Origin: Candidatus Zixiibacteriota bacterium
Lineage (GTDB): Bacteria; Zixibacteria; MSB-5A5; GN15; FEB-12
DNA length: 23,462 bases
Reading direction: 5' to 3'
NCBI GenBank assembly: GCA_041742355.1
Contig: JBGSIV010000049.1
Coordinates: 1 to 23,462 of the forward strand
Part shown: positions 8,676 to 17,027 of the stretch, one piece after another
Position numbering within the stretch: the first letter of the stretch is position 1
How the letters are laid out: the number at the start of each line of letters is the position of its first letter
The notes under the pieces: generated by a model
The model's database searches: none
Seen by the model: the letters and a program-made list of their open reading frames with translations, nothing else
What the model was told of the DNA's origin: nothing
Program-made: the position numbers and the translations under genes

Positions 8676-9340
8676 CGTCTCAGGTGCGGGAAATCAAACG
8701 CCGACGGACACACTCGCTGCAGCGGGCACTCCGGGCAATCCGGACGGCGCGCGGTGCAGATCGCACGTCCATGCAGGATAATCATATGCGTCCAATCGAT
8801 CCAATCCGTCTGCGGCAGTGTCCCCATCAAATCCCGCTCGATTTTCACCGGATCTTTGTGCGCTGTCAACCCCAGCCGCCCGCTCACCCTGATCACGTGC
8901 GTATCGACTACCACCCCCTCCGCGATACCATACCCATTCCCCAGCACGACCGAAGCCGTCTTGCGCCCCACTCCCCGAAGCCGCACCAGTTTATCGATTG
9001 TCCGCGGAATCTCCCCGCCGAACTCATCCAGGATTTGCCGCGATGACTCGATTATCGCCCTGGCTTTGGTCGGCCCGTAGTTGATCGACCGAAGATCGAC
9101 CATCAGCTCCTGGAGATCGGCGTTGGCAAACGCCGCAATTGTCGGGTACTTTTGGAACAACGCCGGCGTGACCGCATTCACGCCCTTATCGGTATTTTGC
9201 TGTGATAGAATGGTCGCGACCAGCAACTGGTGGACCGTCTGGTAATCCAGCGAGGTTCTCGCCCCGGGGTAGTGCTCGCGCAGAATCCGGACTATCTCTT
9301 TCGTCCGCTCCCGAATCTTCTTCAGGCTCTCCCGCGCCAT
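8672..9340 (-). CDS. nth: Endonuclease III
   Basis: HhH motif LRGVGRKTA, VVVDTHV, and [4Fe-4S] motif C-X6-C-X2-C-X5-C. The start overlaps the prmC stop (TGATG). Confidence 0.95.
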   Translation of the reverse strand: MARESLKKIRERTKEIVRILREHYPGARTSLDYQTVHQLLVATILSQQNTDKGVNAVTPALFQKYPTIAAFANADLQELMVDLRSINYGPTKARAIIESSRQILDEFGGEIPRTIDKLVRLRGVGRKTASVVLGNGYGIAEGVVVDTHVIRVSGRLGLTAHKDPVKIERDLMGTLPQTDWIDWTHMIILHGRAICTARRPDCPECPLQRVCPSAFDFPHLRR

Positions 9341-10209
9341 CAGTCACATCCCAGTATAATCACCCGATCCCGATCATTGAGATCCTGCAGCAGCACGAAC
9401 GATGTATACCGGCTGTCTGATCCCGTGCTCGTCATGATTGTTTCCGCCTGATCATGCCCGATCTCGAACATAATCCGCCCGCCCGGATTCAAATGCTCCG
9501 GGGCCTCCCGCAGAATCACCCGGATCGCATCCAGCCCGTCCGGCCCCGATGTCATCGCGATCTTCGGATCCGCCCTGACCTCCGGATCAAGCCCGCCATA
9601 ATCCGGCTCGGCAATATACGGGGGATTGGAAATAATCAGGTCAAACCGCTCCCCGTCAGCCACAGCCGCGAAGAAATCCGATTCCCGAAACTCGACTCGA
9701 TCGGCCACCTCGTGATCGACCGCATTCCGCCGCGCCACCGCAAGCGCTTCGGCCGAAATGTCCAGCGCTACCACCCGGCACGACGAATTCTCCTTGGCCA
9801 GACTGACCGAAATGACTCCCGACCCCACCCCGACATCCAGAATCTTCGGAGCCGCCAATTCCCGACCGCTCAGAAACCGCAGCCCGCTCTCCACGAGCAT
9901 TTCCGTTTCCGGCGTCGGCGCCATCACCGCCTCGGTGACAAAGAACTTCCGCCCGTAAAACCACGATTCCTGGAGAATGAACTGAAGGGGGTAACGAGTA
10001 ACGCGCCGACGGATTATCTCGTCGGCGCGCAAGAGAGCTTCCTCGGTAAGCAGTGTATCTCCGTCGAGATACAGCCGCAGCCGATCCACCCCGAGCACGT
10101 GGCAGAGAACCCACTCCACCTCCGCCTCGGCCTGCTCGATCCCCGCCGCCGTCAACTGCTCGACATACCGCCCAAACAGCTGCCGGAGCAGGCTCGGGCC
10201 GTCGCTCAC
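9340..10209 (-). CDS. prmC: Release factor glutamine methyltransferase HemK/PrmC
   Basis: Motifs YPLQFIL, PETE, ILDVGVGSG, ISNPPYI, DGLD and FEIG. GTG start; close to prfA. Confidence 0.92.
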   Translation of the reverse strand: MSDGPSLLRQLFGRYVEQLTAAGIEQAEAEVEWVLCHVLGVDRLRLYLDGDTLLTEEALLRADEIIRRRVTRYPLQFILQESWFYGRKFFVTEAVMAPTPETEMLVESGLRFLSGRELAAPKILDVGVGSGVISVSLAKENSSCRVVALDISAEALAVARRNAVDHEVADRVEFRESDFFAAVADGERFDLIISNPPYIAEPDYGGLDPEVRADPKIAMTSGPDGLDAIRVILREAPEHLNPGGRIMFEIGHDQAETIMTSTGSDSRYTSFVLLQDLNDRDRVIILGCD

Positions 10210-11213
10210 GAAGCGACCTCTACCTGCGGACGGTCCTGCTTCTTGCCCGTCTTCTTCGGTATCAGCGTGCGTGCGAGCCCCACCGCGTACACGGTGGCAA
10301 CCACCCCGATAAACGACCAGCAGACCACCTTGGTCAGCAGGGGAGCGAACTGGATCGAGTGCGGAATCAGGTAAATCGCCAGCATGAGCACAAAGCCGAG
10401 CACTCCCAGCACCCCCAGCGTCCTCGCCCGGTACACATCCCGCCCCACCTTCCCGCGCGTGAGCGAACCCAGCGAGGCAAACATCACCAGCAGCAGGTAA
10501 ACGAACAGGAGCTGCGTCTTATTGTCCGTCGCATCTGTCCCGAACGGCACCCCTTCCCAGACCGTACCGAACGTATACCAGTTCATGGCGAAGCCGAACG
10601 GATACCCGCCGAGAAATGCACAGACAACCGCCCAGAAGTACATCTTCGCCATCGGCCGCACTTCCGGGCTGCCGCGCACCAGGTCGACACCGTCGAGCAT
10701 GCCCATCACGACAAAAAACACCGTCGCGAACATGAGCAGGATGTGGGCAAAGACAATCCAGTCCGGCGTGCGGCCGATATACTTCATGATAAACGGCTGA
10801 TTCGGCGCCGGCGTGAACGCGGCCCGCCGCCCGCCCACATTATCCCGGATCTCGAAGTAGTACCACTTGCGCCCCCCGATAAGACCGCCGGTCGCCAGGT
10901 GTTCCCAACGGCCCTCGGCCGAATCAGCCGGCGTCAGCGGCGTCGTTTCATACTTGGACAGCGGAGTCGTCGCATCCTGACCGAACTTCGCATGCCGAAT
11001 CACCGGCATCAGCGAATCCCCCAGGGGACCCGTGATCTTCAGCATGATCCGCGCCGTGTCGCTCTGGTACGCCTTTGGGATGGTCGTCATCTCGAAGGAG
11101 AAGCCGTTTTCGCTGTACGTGTAGAACTCGGGGCGGCCGCGGGAATTGGTGCGGGCGATGAACAGAAGGACCGCGGTCAGCACCACGGCCAGCAGGATGC
11201 GCGCAAGTGTCAT
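10206..11213 (-). CDS. Uncharacterised integral membrane protein (N-terminal anchor, ~140-aa extracytoplasmic domain, ~5 TM helices)
   Basis: Start [11 protein letters not shown] at 11213 overlaps the prfA stop (ATGA), and the stop overlaps the prmC GTG (GTGA). 335 aa, with the motif [19 protein letters not shown]. Confidence 0.85.
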   Translation of the reverse strand: MTLARILLAVVLTAVLLFIARTNSRGRPEFYTYSENGFSFEMTTIPKAYQSDTARIMLKITGPLGDSLMPVIRHAKFGQDATTPLSKYETTPLTPADSAEGRWEHLATGGLIGGRKWYYFEIRDNVGGRRAAFTPAPNQPFIMKYIGRTPDWIVFAHILLMFATVFFVVMGMLDGVDLVRGSPEVRPMAKMYFWAVVCAFLGGYPFGFAMNWYTFGTVWEGVPFGTDATDNKTQLLFVYLLLVMFASLGSLTRGKVGRDVYRARTLGVLGVLGFVLMLAIYLIPHSIQFAPLLTKVVCWSFIGVVATVYAVGLARTLIPKKTGKKQDRPQVEVAS

Positions 11214-12295
11214 GACTGGACTCCGACTTTCTCCTGTATCCTGAGCTGCTGTTCCTGCTCGCTGCGGCGCAGCTCGTCGATCAACTGCTCGACATCGCCC
11301 GCCAGAATCTGATCGAGACGGTACAGCGTGAGATTTATCCGGTGATCGGTCACCCGCGACTGCGGAAAATTGTACGTGCGGATCTTCGCCGATCGATCCC
11401 CGGTCGAAATCATCGACCGCCGCTCGGCGGCAATCTTGGCCTGCTGCTCGGCAATCTGCATATCCAGCAGCCGCGCCCGGAGGACCTTCAACGCCTTGAC
11501 CTTGTTCTTGAGCTGCGACTTCTCGTCCTGGCAGGTCACCACGAGGCCGGTGGGGAGGTGCGTGATCCGCACCGCCGAATCGGTCGTATTGACCGACTGG
11601 CCGCCCGGCCCGCTCGAACGGTAGACATCTACCTTGATCTCGTTCTCCTTGATCTCGATATCCACCTCTTCCGCCTCCGGAAGCACTGCCACCGACACCG
11701 CCGATGTATGGATCCGCCCCTGCGTCTCTGTCTGCGGCACGCGCTGCACCCGGTGCACGCCGGACTCGAACTTCATCTTGCCGTACGCGTCGTCGCCGCT
11801 GAGTGAGAAAATGACTTCCTTGAACCCGCCCGACGGCGCCGGATGCGAGCTGAGTATCTCCAGCCGCCACCCGATGACATCGGCGTAGCGCTGGTACATC
11901 CGGAAAATATCCCCGGCGAACAACCCCGCTTCATCCCCGCCCGTCCCGGCGCGGATTTCCACGATTGCAGCCTTATCGTCGTTGGGATCTTTCGGCAGCA
12001 GCTTGAATTTGAACGCCCGCTCGGCCTCGTCCACTTCGCTCTCGTACCGGGCCAACTCCTCGCGGGCCATCGCCATCAGCTCTTCGTCTTCATTCGCCTT
12101 GATGACCTCGCGGGCATCCTCGATCCCGGCCCGGATCTCGCGATACCGACGGCCGACCGCGAGTATGTCTTCCACGCGACGGCGCTCGCGGCCCAGTTCG
12201 ATCATTCTCTTCTGGTCCGAACCAACCCCGGGATCGCTCATCTGGCGGTCTATCGCCGCCAGGCGCTCCTCGAGCTTTGCCACGAGATCAAGCAT
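11210..12295 (-). CDS. prfA: Peptide chain release factor 1
   Basis: [11 protein letters not shown], PxT tripeptide (RVPQTE), GGQ motif ([10 protein letters not shown]) and RTYNFPQ. Confidence 0.98.
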   Translation of the reverse strand: MLDLVAKLEERLAAIDRQMSDPGVGSDQKRMIELGRERRRVEDILAVGRRYREIRAGIEDAREVIKANEDEELMAMAREELARYESEVDEAERAFKFKLLPKDPNDDKAAIVEIRAGTGGDEAGLFAGDIFRMYQRYADVIGWRLEILSSHPAPSGGFKEVIFSLSGDDAYGKMKFESGVHRVQRVPQTETQGRIHTSAVSVAVLPEAEEVDIEIKENEIKVDVYRSSGPGGQSVNTTDSAVRITHLPTGLVVTCQDEKSQLKNKVKALKVLRARLLDMQIAEQQAKIAAERRSMISTGDRSAKIRTYNFPQSRVTDHRINLTLYRLDQILAGDVEQLIDELRRSEQEQQLRIQEKVGVQS

Positions 12296-12327
12296 TCCTA
12301 TTGCCCGCTTTCACCATAATGCCATCT

Positions 12328-12356
12328 AACGTACGCGGGAAATGCCCCCCGATCAA
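12328..12356 (-). promoter_or_regulatory. Putative internal promoter for prfA
   Basis: TTGATC (12356-12351), 17-nt spacer, TACGTT (12333-12328). Confidence 0.55.
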
Positions 12357-12365
12357 GACGGAATG

Positions 12366-13343
12366 TCAGCTTTCCCGGGAAACCGCGACCGGCGTCGACG
12401 CAATCTTGGACTCGGTCCGGCCCAGCGCCGCTTCCAGCGCCACAATCGCCACCTCAAGCTGGTCCAGCGACGGCTCCTTGGTGGTGATCTTCTGCAGCCA
12501 GAGCCCCGGCTGAATCAGCACCTTGGTCACCTTGTTCTCCCGCGTCTTGCCCGACAACTTCAACAGCTCGTAAGAGCCGCCCGCCACGATCGGCAGGAGC
12601 GAGAAATGCAGCGCAAACCGGGTCACGAGGGTCGGCGGATGCCCCGCCACCATCGCGTAGATCGAATCGGAAATGGCGTAGATCAACACCGCCGAGAGGG
12701 CCACGATGAGAATGAACGAGGTCCCGCACCGCGGGTGGAACCGCGTGTGGCAGGCCGCCCGCTCGGGCGTCAGTTCGTCCCCCATCTCATACGCGTAGAT
12801 CGATTTGTGCTCGGCCCCGTGGTACTGGAAGATCCGCTTGAAGTCCTTGAAGAACGAAATGAGCCAAACGTACAGCAGGAACATCGTCAGGCGAATCCCG
12901 CCCGCCATCAGGTTGAACGCCACCGCGTCCTTCTTGATACCGAACAGGTCGGCCAGCGCCAGCGGAAAGAAGAAGAACAGGACAATGCCGAAAGCGAATG
13001 CAAAGAGCGCCGACAGCGTCAGCGCCAGGCTCCCCGACTTCGGCGCCTCCTGCTTGATTTCCTTCCCCTTCTTCAGCGCCTCCTCCGCCTCGATCTCCTT
13101 GATCGCGACATCGGCCGAGAAATTGAGCGTCTTGATGCCGATAAACAGCATCTCGACAAATGACACCGCACCGCGCACGACCGGCCAGGCCAGCACCTTG
13201 AACCGCTTGGTAATCGAGTGGTACGGATCGGTTTTTACGAGAATTTCACCATTGGGCTTGCGGACAGCTGTTGCGATTCGATCGACCGAGCGCATCATCA
13301 CGCCCTCGATGACCGCCTGTCCACCCACATTTAGATCTGGCAT
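12366..13343 (-). CDS. DUF1385 domain membrane protein
   Basis: Motifs VGGQAVIEGVMM, FQYHGAEHK, HPRCGTSF and LQKITTKEP. It sits in its usual place next to rpmE/prfA. Start set at MPDLNVGG (13343). Confidence 0.9.
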   Translation of the reverse strand: MPDLNVGGQAVIEGVMMRSVDRIATAVRKPNGEILVKTDPYHSITKRFKVLAWPVVRGAVSFVEMLFIGIKTLNFSADVAIKEIEAEEALKKGKEIKQEAPKSGSLALTLSALFAFAFGIVLFFFFPLALADLFGIKKDAVAFNLMAGGIRLTMFLLYVWLISFFKDFKRIFQYHGAEHKSIYAYEMGDELTPERAACHTRFHPRCGTSFILIVALSAVLIYAISDSIYAMVAGHPPTLVTRFALHFSLLPIVAGGSYELLKLSGKTRENKVTKVLIQPGLWLQKITTKEPSLDQLEVAIVALEAALGRTESKIASTPVAVSRES

Positions 13344-13382
13344 AGTTGTTAGATTCCAAAGGTTGAAGTAAACCCGGCAGGC

Positions 13383-13440
13383 AAACAAAACAAACCCGCC
13401 GAATGTCGTCTTGTCAATTATACGCGACCTTCGGCGGGTT
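13383..13440 (-). terminator. Terminator-like hairpin downstream of rpmE
   Basis: 11-bp stem AACCCGCCGAA/TTCGGCGGGTT with an inner GTCG/CGAC extension, followed by TGTTTTGTTT. Confidence 0.65.
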
Positions 13441-13457
13441 AGCGGTGCTTTTTTGCG

Positions 13458-13673
13458 CTACTTCGTGTCCTTGGAGTACTTTTTGTACTTCTGGATGAAG
13501 CGCTCGACGCGCCCCGCGGTGTCGATCAGCCGCTGCTTGCCCGTGAAAAACGGATGGCAGTTCGAACAGATTTCAACCGTGATGTTCTTCTTGGTCGACT
13601 TGTTCGGATAGGTGGCGCCGCACGAACAGGTGATCGTCACGTCGTACGTCTTCGGATGCGTATCAGCTTTCAC
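13458..13673 (-). CDS. rpmE: 50S ribosomal protein L31, zinc-binding (C+) type
   Basis: MKADTHP...CSCG...[29 protein letters not shown] start with GAGGT SD. Confidence 0.97.
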   Translation of the reverse strand: MKADTHPKTYDVTITCSCGATYPNKSTKKNITVEICSNCHPFFTGKQRLIDTAGRVERFIQKYKKYSKDTK

Positions 13674-13739
13674 AGTAGCCTACCTCAACTTTATTGTCAC
13701 TATCGGCCCCGGGGGGCTGGTACCCGCCCGGAGCCTTCT

Positions 13740-13767
13740 AATATATACCTATTTCGGAGATTGGCAA
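13740..13767 (-). promoter_or_regulatory. Putative rpmE promoter
   Basis: TTGCCA (13767-13762), 16-nt spacer, TATATT (13745-13740). Confidence 0.6.
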
Positions 13768-13858
13768 GGCCAATCTTAGCCTGTGACCCCGCCCGTGTGC
13801 TCACCCCTTCAACCCCCGCCGGTTCCAATTGTTCCCGGCCACACAAGCCCGGCGGAAA

Positions 13859-14521
13859 TCATAACCCTTTGGGCCGCAACACCATCGACCAGTAGTAGGT
13901 GCCGTATACCAACCGCTCAAGGTGGAAATACGGCTCAACGATCGCCACCAGCTCCCCCCGGCTGAAGTAGTTTTTCAGGATAACGTACGAATCCCCGTTG
14001 TTCAGCCGCCGCAGCTTGTAGTTGTTCCCATGCTCATCCACCCGCGCCGAATCAACCGTCGACCCCTCCGCCGGCGGATTGTTGTCGATCATCCAGATCG
14101 CCCCGCCCCGCCGCAACGGGCGGCTGATCGTCTCAAAGAACCGCGGGTAGGTCTCCTTCGCCTGGTGCGACAACCAGAACCCGAGCACCAACAGGTCGAA
14201 ACTCCCATCCGGGACCGGCGGGTGCTCCAGATCCCCGACAACAAAGAGCGGCTCTCGCGCATACTCCTTGCGCTGCGCCTCGGCGATCATCTCCGGCGAC
14301 AGATCCGTCGCCACCACCGATCGCGCCGACTCCGCGACCACCTTGGTCCAGTAGCCCGTCCCGCACGCCAGCTCGACCACTTCCTGATCGCCGGCAAACG
14401 CCCGAAGGAACGCGGCTTCATCATCGATTTCCTTGCGGCGCGGCGGATTGTCCCGATAGTAGATCTGCTCGTACTCGGGCGCCCGCTGCCGGTAGTACTC
14501 GCGCGTCTGTTCGTCAGCCAT
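13859..14521 (-). CDS. Class I SAM-dependent methyltransferase
   Basis: Motif I VVELACGTGYW, ATDLSPEM, GD and FDLL. Overlaps the upstream gene by 8 nt. Confidence 0.88.
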   Translation of the reverse strand: MADEQTREYYRQRAPEYEQIYYRDNPPRRKEIDDEAAFLRAFAGDQEVVELACGTGYWTKVVAESARSVVATDLSPEMIAEAQRKEYAREPLFVVGDLEHPPVPDGSFDLLVLGFWLSHQAKETYPRFFETISRPLRRGGAIWMIDNNPPAEGSTVDSARVDEHGNNYKLRRLNNGDSYVILKNYFSRGELVAIVEPYFHLERLVYGTYYWSMVLRPKGL

Positions 14522-15131
14522 GTTGCTCCCGCACCTTCCGGGCCACCGTTCGCCCCAGTTCTTCGGCCTGCGTCAATACCGGCGCCTCTTCCGTCACTTC
14601 CCCTGCCGCAAGGCCCTTAGTCTTGTACATGACCATTCCCTCGTTTGTCACCTCGACCCATTTGAAAAAACCGGCCAGTGTCCGCCGCGCCCCCTCGAAC
14701 CAGCCGTTTTCCCCTCCCACCAGCACCATCCCGCCCGGCCGTTTGCGCGAAATCAGCTTGAGGAACTTGTGCTCGGGATCGATATCGTCAAAATCAGCCG
14801 GACGAACGCAGTTGCATCGGTCGATGAACAGCTTCGCCTGCGAGGACACCGTGTCGAAATGAATCGGGCTGCCAAACAGCATCGCGTCGCACCGCTCCAA
14901 TTCCCGGTAGACCGGCGTCAGGTCATCGTCGAAAAAGCAGAACCGAGGCGTCGGGGCCTCACCGCACGACTGGCAGGGGAGAATGTTCAGATTGTTGAGC
15001 TTCACCACCGTCGTCCGTACCTTTCCCGCATCGGCCAGCGCCTCTTTGAATGCCTCCGCCGCCCGGCGCAGGAGGATATCGGTCGAGGCCCCCGACACCG
15101 GCGACCCCGAAATGACCAGCAACCTAATCAC
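14514..15131 (-). CDS. Flavodoxin-family / iron-sulfur flavoprotein (Isf)-like FMN protein
   Basis: GTG start at 15131 (VIRLLVISGSP...STD), PCQSC...C...DDD, FGSPIHF and KLFIDR. The ORF-track extension to 15494 is a shadow over the ABC-F gene. Confidence 0.85.
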   Translation of the reverse strand: MIRLLVISGSPVSGASTDILLRRAAEAFKEALADAGKVRTTVVKLNNLNILPCQSCGEAPTPRFCFFDDDLTPVYRELERCDAMLFGSPIHFDTVSSQAKLFIDRCNCVRPADFDDIDPEHKFLKLISRKRPGGMVLVGGENGWFEGARRTLAGFFKWVEVTNEGMVMYKTKGLAAGEVTEEAPVLTQAEELGRTVARKVREQHG

Positions 15132-17025
15132 TGTCCTGCGTCTCCAGTTCCTCGAGCTCCGCGTACAGCTCCAGGAGCGCCGTCTCGACATCGTGCTTCC
15201 GGCGCGAGGCCTCCTCGAGCGCTTCCCAGTCGGTGCGGGGGATACCGTGCGCGATCCCCGCCTCGAGTTCCTCCAGCTCCCGCTCGTGGTAGGCGATCTT
15301 CGACTGCGTCGACCGGATCGCCTTCTTAACCCGGGCCTTCGCCTTCGAGGCCTCCTTGAACGCGACAAACTGCTCCCGTGACCTTTCCTTGTTCCCCTTT
15401 GGCTGCGCCACCGGCGCCGATGCCGCGGCCGCCTCCGCCCGCTTCTCCGCAAAGTACGTGTAGCCGCCGTTGTACACCGTCGCATGCCCGTCATGCACGT
15501 ACACGATCCGGTCCACCACCTTGTCCAGGAAACTCCGGTCGTGACTCACGATGAGGCAGCTCCCCTCGAACTGGGTCAGCGCCTCCTCCAGCGCCTCGCG
15601 CGAATCGATATCGAGGTGATTCGTCGGCTCGTCGAATATCAGGAAATTGGCCGGATGGTAAATGATCTTCGCCAGCGACAGCTTCGTCCGCTCCCCGCCC
15701 GACAGCGACGACACGATCTTGAAACAATCTTCACCCGAGAACCCGAACCGCGCCAGGAACGATCGCATCACCCCCACCTCGACCATGGGATCGACCTCCC
15801 AGATATTGTCCAGCACCGAGGCCTCCAGCCTGAGGTTATCCAGCTCCTGGTCGAAATACACCACGTCGACATTCGCCCCGAGACTGATATCCCCGTTGAC
15901 CGGTGAGATCTCCCCGATAAGCGCCTTGAGCAGGGTCGTTTTCCCCGAACCGTTCCGCCCGATCAGGCCGACTTTCTCCCCGCGATAGACATCGAAACTC
16001 ACCCGCTCCACCACCGGCTCGATCCCGTACGAGAGCGTCACCCCGCGCACCTCGAGCACATGCGCGAACGACCGCCCCGACGACTTCACCGAAATCGCCG
16101 GCCCGGTCCCTTCGCCGCGCGGGGGAGGGATCCGCTTGATCCGCGACAGGTACTTCAGCTTTGATTGCGCCTGCTTGGTCTTCTGCCCGGCCATATTCCG
16201 CCGGACAAAATCCTCCAGCCGCTTGATCTCCTCCTGCTGGTGACGGTACCGGTGCTCCTGCAGCCGCTTGCGTTCCGCCCGCTCGACCAGGTACTTTTCG
16301 AAACCGCCCGTGTACGTGTGAATCTTGCCGTAGGCGATCTCCCAGACCTTGTCCGCCGCTTTCCCCAGAAACGCCCGGTCGTGCGACACCACGACATACG
16401 CCTTGTCGAGCTTGCGGAGGTACTCCTCCAGCCACATGGTCGACTCGATATCGAGGTGGTTGGTCGGTTCGTCCAGCAGGAGCAGATTCCCCCGTCCCGC
16501 CAGCGCCATCGCCAGCGCCGCCCGGTTTTTCTCACCCCCCGAAAACGTCCCGAGCCGGTCGTGGTGCCGCTCCCGCTCGAACCCCAGCCCCTCGAGAATC
16601 AGACGCACTTCGCTCTCGAAACTGAACCCGCCGGCCACCTCGAAATCGTGCTGCAATTGCCCCAGTTTTTCCAGGCTGGCCCGGTCGTTCGGATCCCGCT
16701 CGAGCTGCTCTTCCAATTCGGTGATGCGATGCCGCATCGACACCAGGTCCTGCCGCGCCGACGCCACGAAATCATACAGCGCCCAGTCAAGCACCCCCGT
16801 CTTGTCCTGCGGGACATAATCGATCACACACCCCTTGGCCGTGGTCACGACACCGCTGTCGACCTCGGAGTGTCCGGTCATGATCTCGAACATGGTCGTC
16901 TTGCCGATACCGTTGCGGCCGACCAGCCCGATACGGTCGCCGGCAACGATCGTGAACGACACGTTGTCGAACACCACCTGATCGTTGAATTTCTTGGAGA
17001 TTGTTTCCGCCGACAGGAGCGACAT
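15124..17025 (-). CDS. ABC-F family ATPase (ribosome-associated)
   Basis: Two NBDs (GRNGIGKT/FSGGE/LDEPTNHLD and GRNGSGKT/LSGGE/FDEPTNHLD), a helical inter-ABC linker, a C-terminal coiled coil and no TM segments. Start MSLLSAE at 17025 after a GAGGAG SD. Confidence 0.93.
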   Translation of the reverse strand: MSLLSAETISKKFNDQVVFDNVSFTIVAGDRIGLVGRNGIGKTTMFEIMTGHSEVDSGVVTTAKGCVIDYVPQDKTGVLDWALYDFVASARQDLVSMRHRITELEEQLERDPNDRASLEKLGQLQHDFEVAGGFSFESEVRLILEGLGFERERHHDRLGTFSGGEKNRAALAMALAGRGNLLLLDEPTNHLDIESTMWLEEYLRKLDKAYVVVSHDRAFLGKAADKVWEIAYGKIHTYTGGFEKYLVERAERKRLQEHRYRHQQEEIKRLEDFVRRNMAGQKTKQAQSKLKYLSRIKRIPPPRGEGTGPAISVKSSGRSFAHVLEVRGVTLSYGIEPVVERVSFDVYRGEKVGLIGRNGSGKTTLLKALIGEISPVNGDISLGANVDVVYFDQELDNLRLEASVLDNIWEVDPMVEVGVMRSFLARFGFSGEDCFKIVSSLSGGERTKLSLAKIIYHPANFLIFDEPTNHLDIDSREALEEALTQFEGSCLIVSHDRSFLDKVVDRIVYVHDGHATVYNGGYTYFAEKRAEAAAASAPVAQPKGNKERSREQFVAFKEASKAKARVKKAIRSTQSKIAYHERELEELEAGIAHGIPRTDWEALEEASRRKHDVETALLELYAELEELETQDSD

Positions 17026-17027
17026 AC

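Noticed and set aside
11214..11870. Long N-terminal extension of the membrane protein (554-aa ORF), suggesting a prfA frameshift fusion
   Set aside because: It is an off-frame shadow inside prfA. prfA is intact, no slippery site is evident, and ATG 11213 gives a clean coupled start.
13816..13861. TGA stop of the methyltransferase followed by a CCGCCGG/CCGGCGG hairpin (SECIS-like readthrough)
   Set aside because: The domain appears complete at the stop, the position is not a Cys-equivalent site, and the readthrough peptide looks random. It is more likely a 3' end structure.
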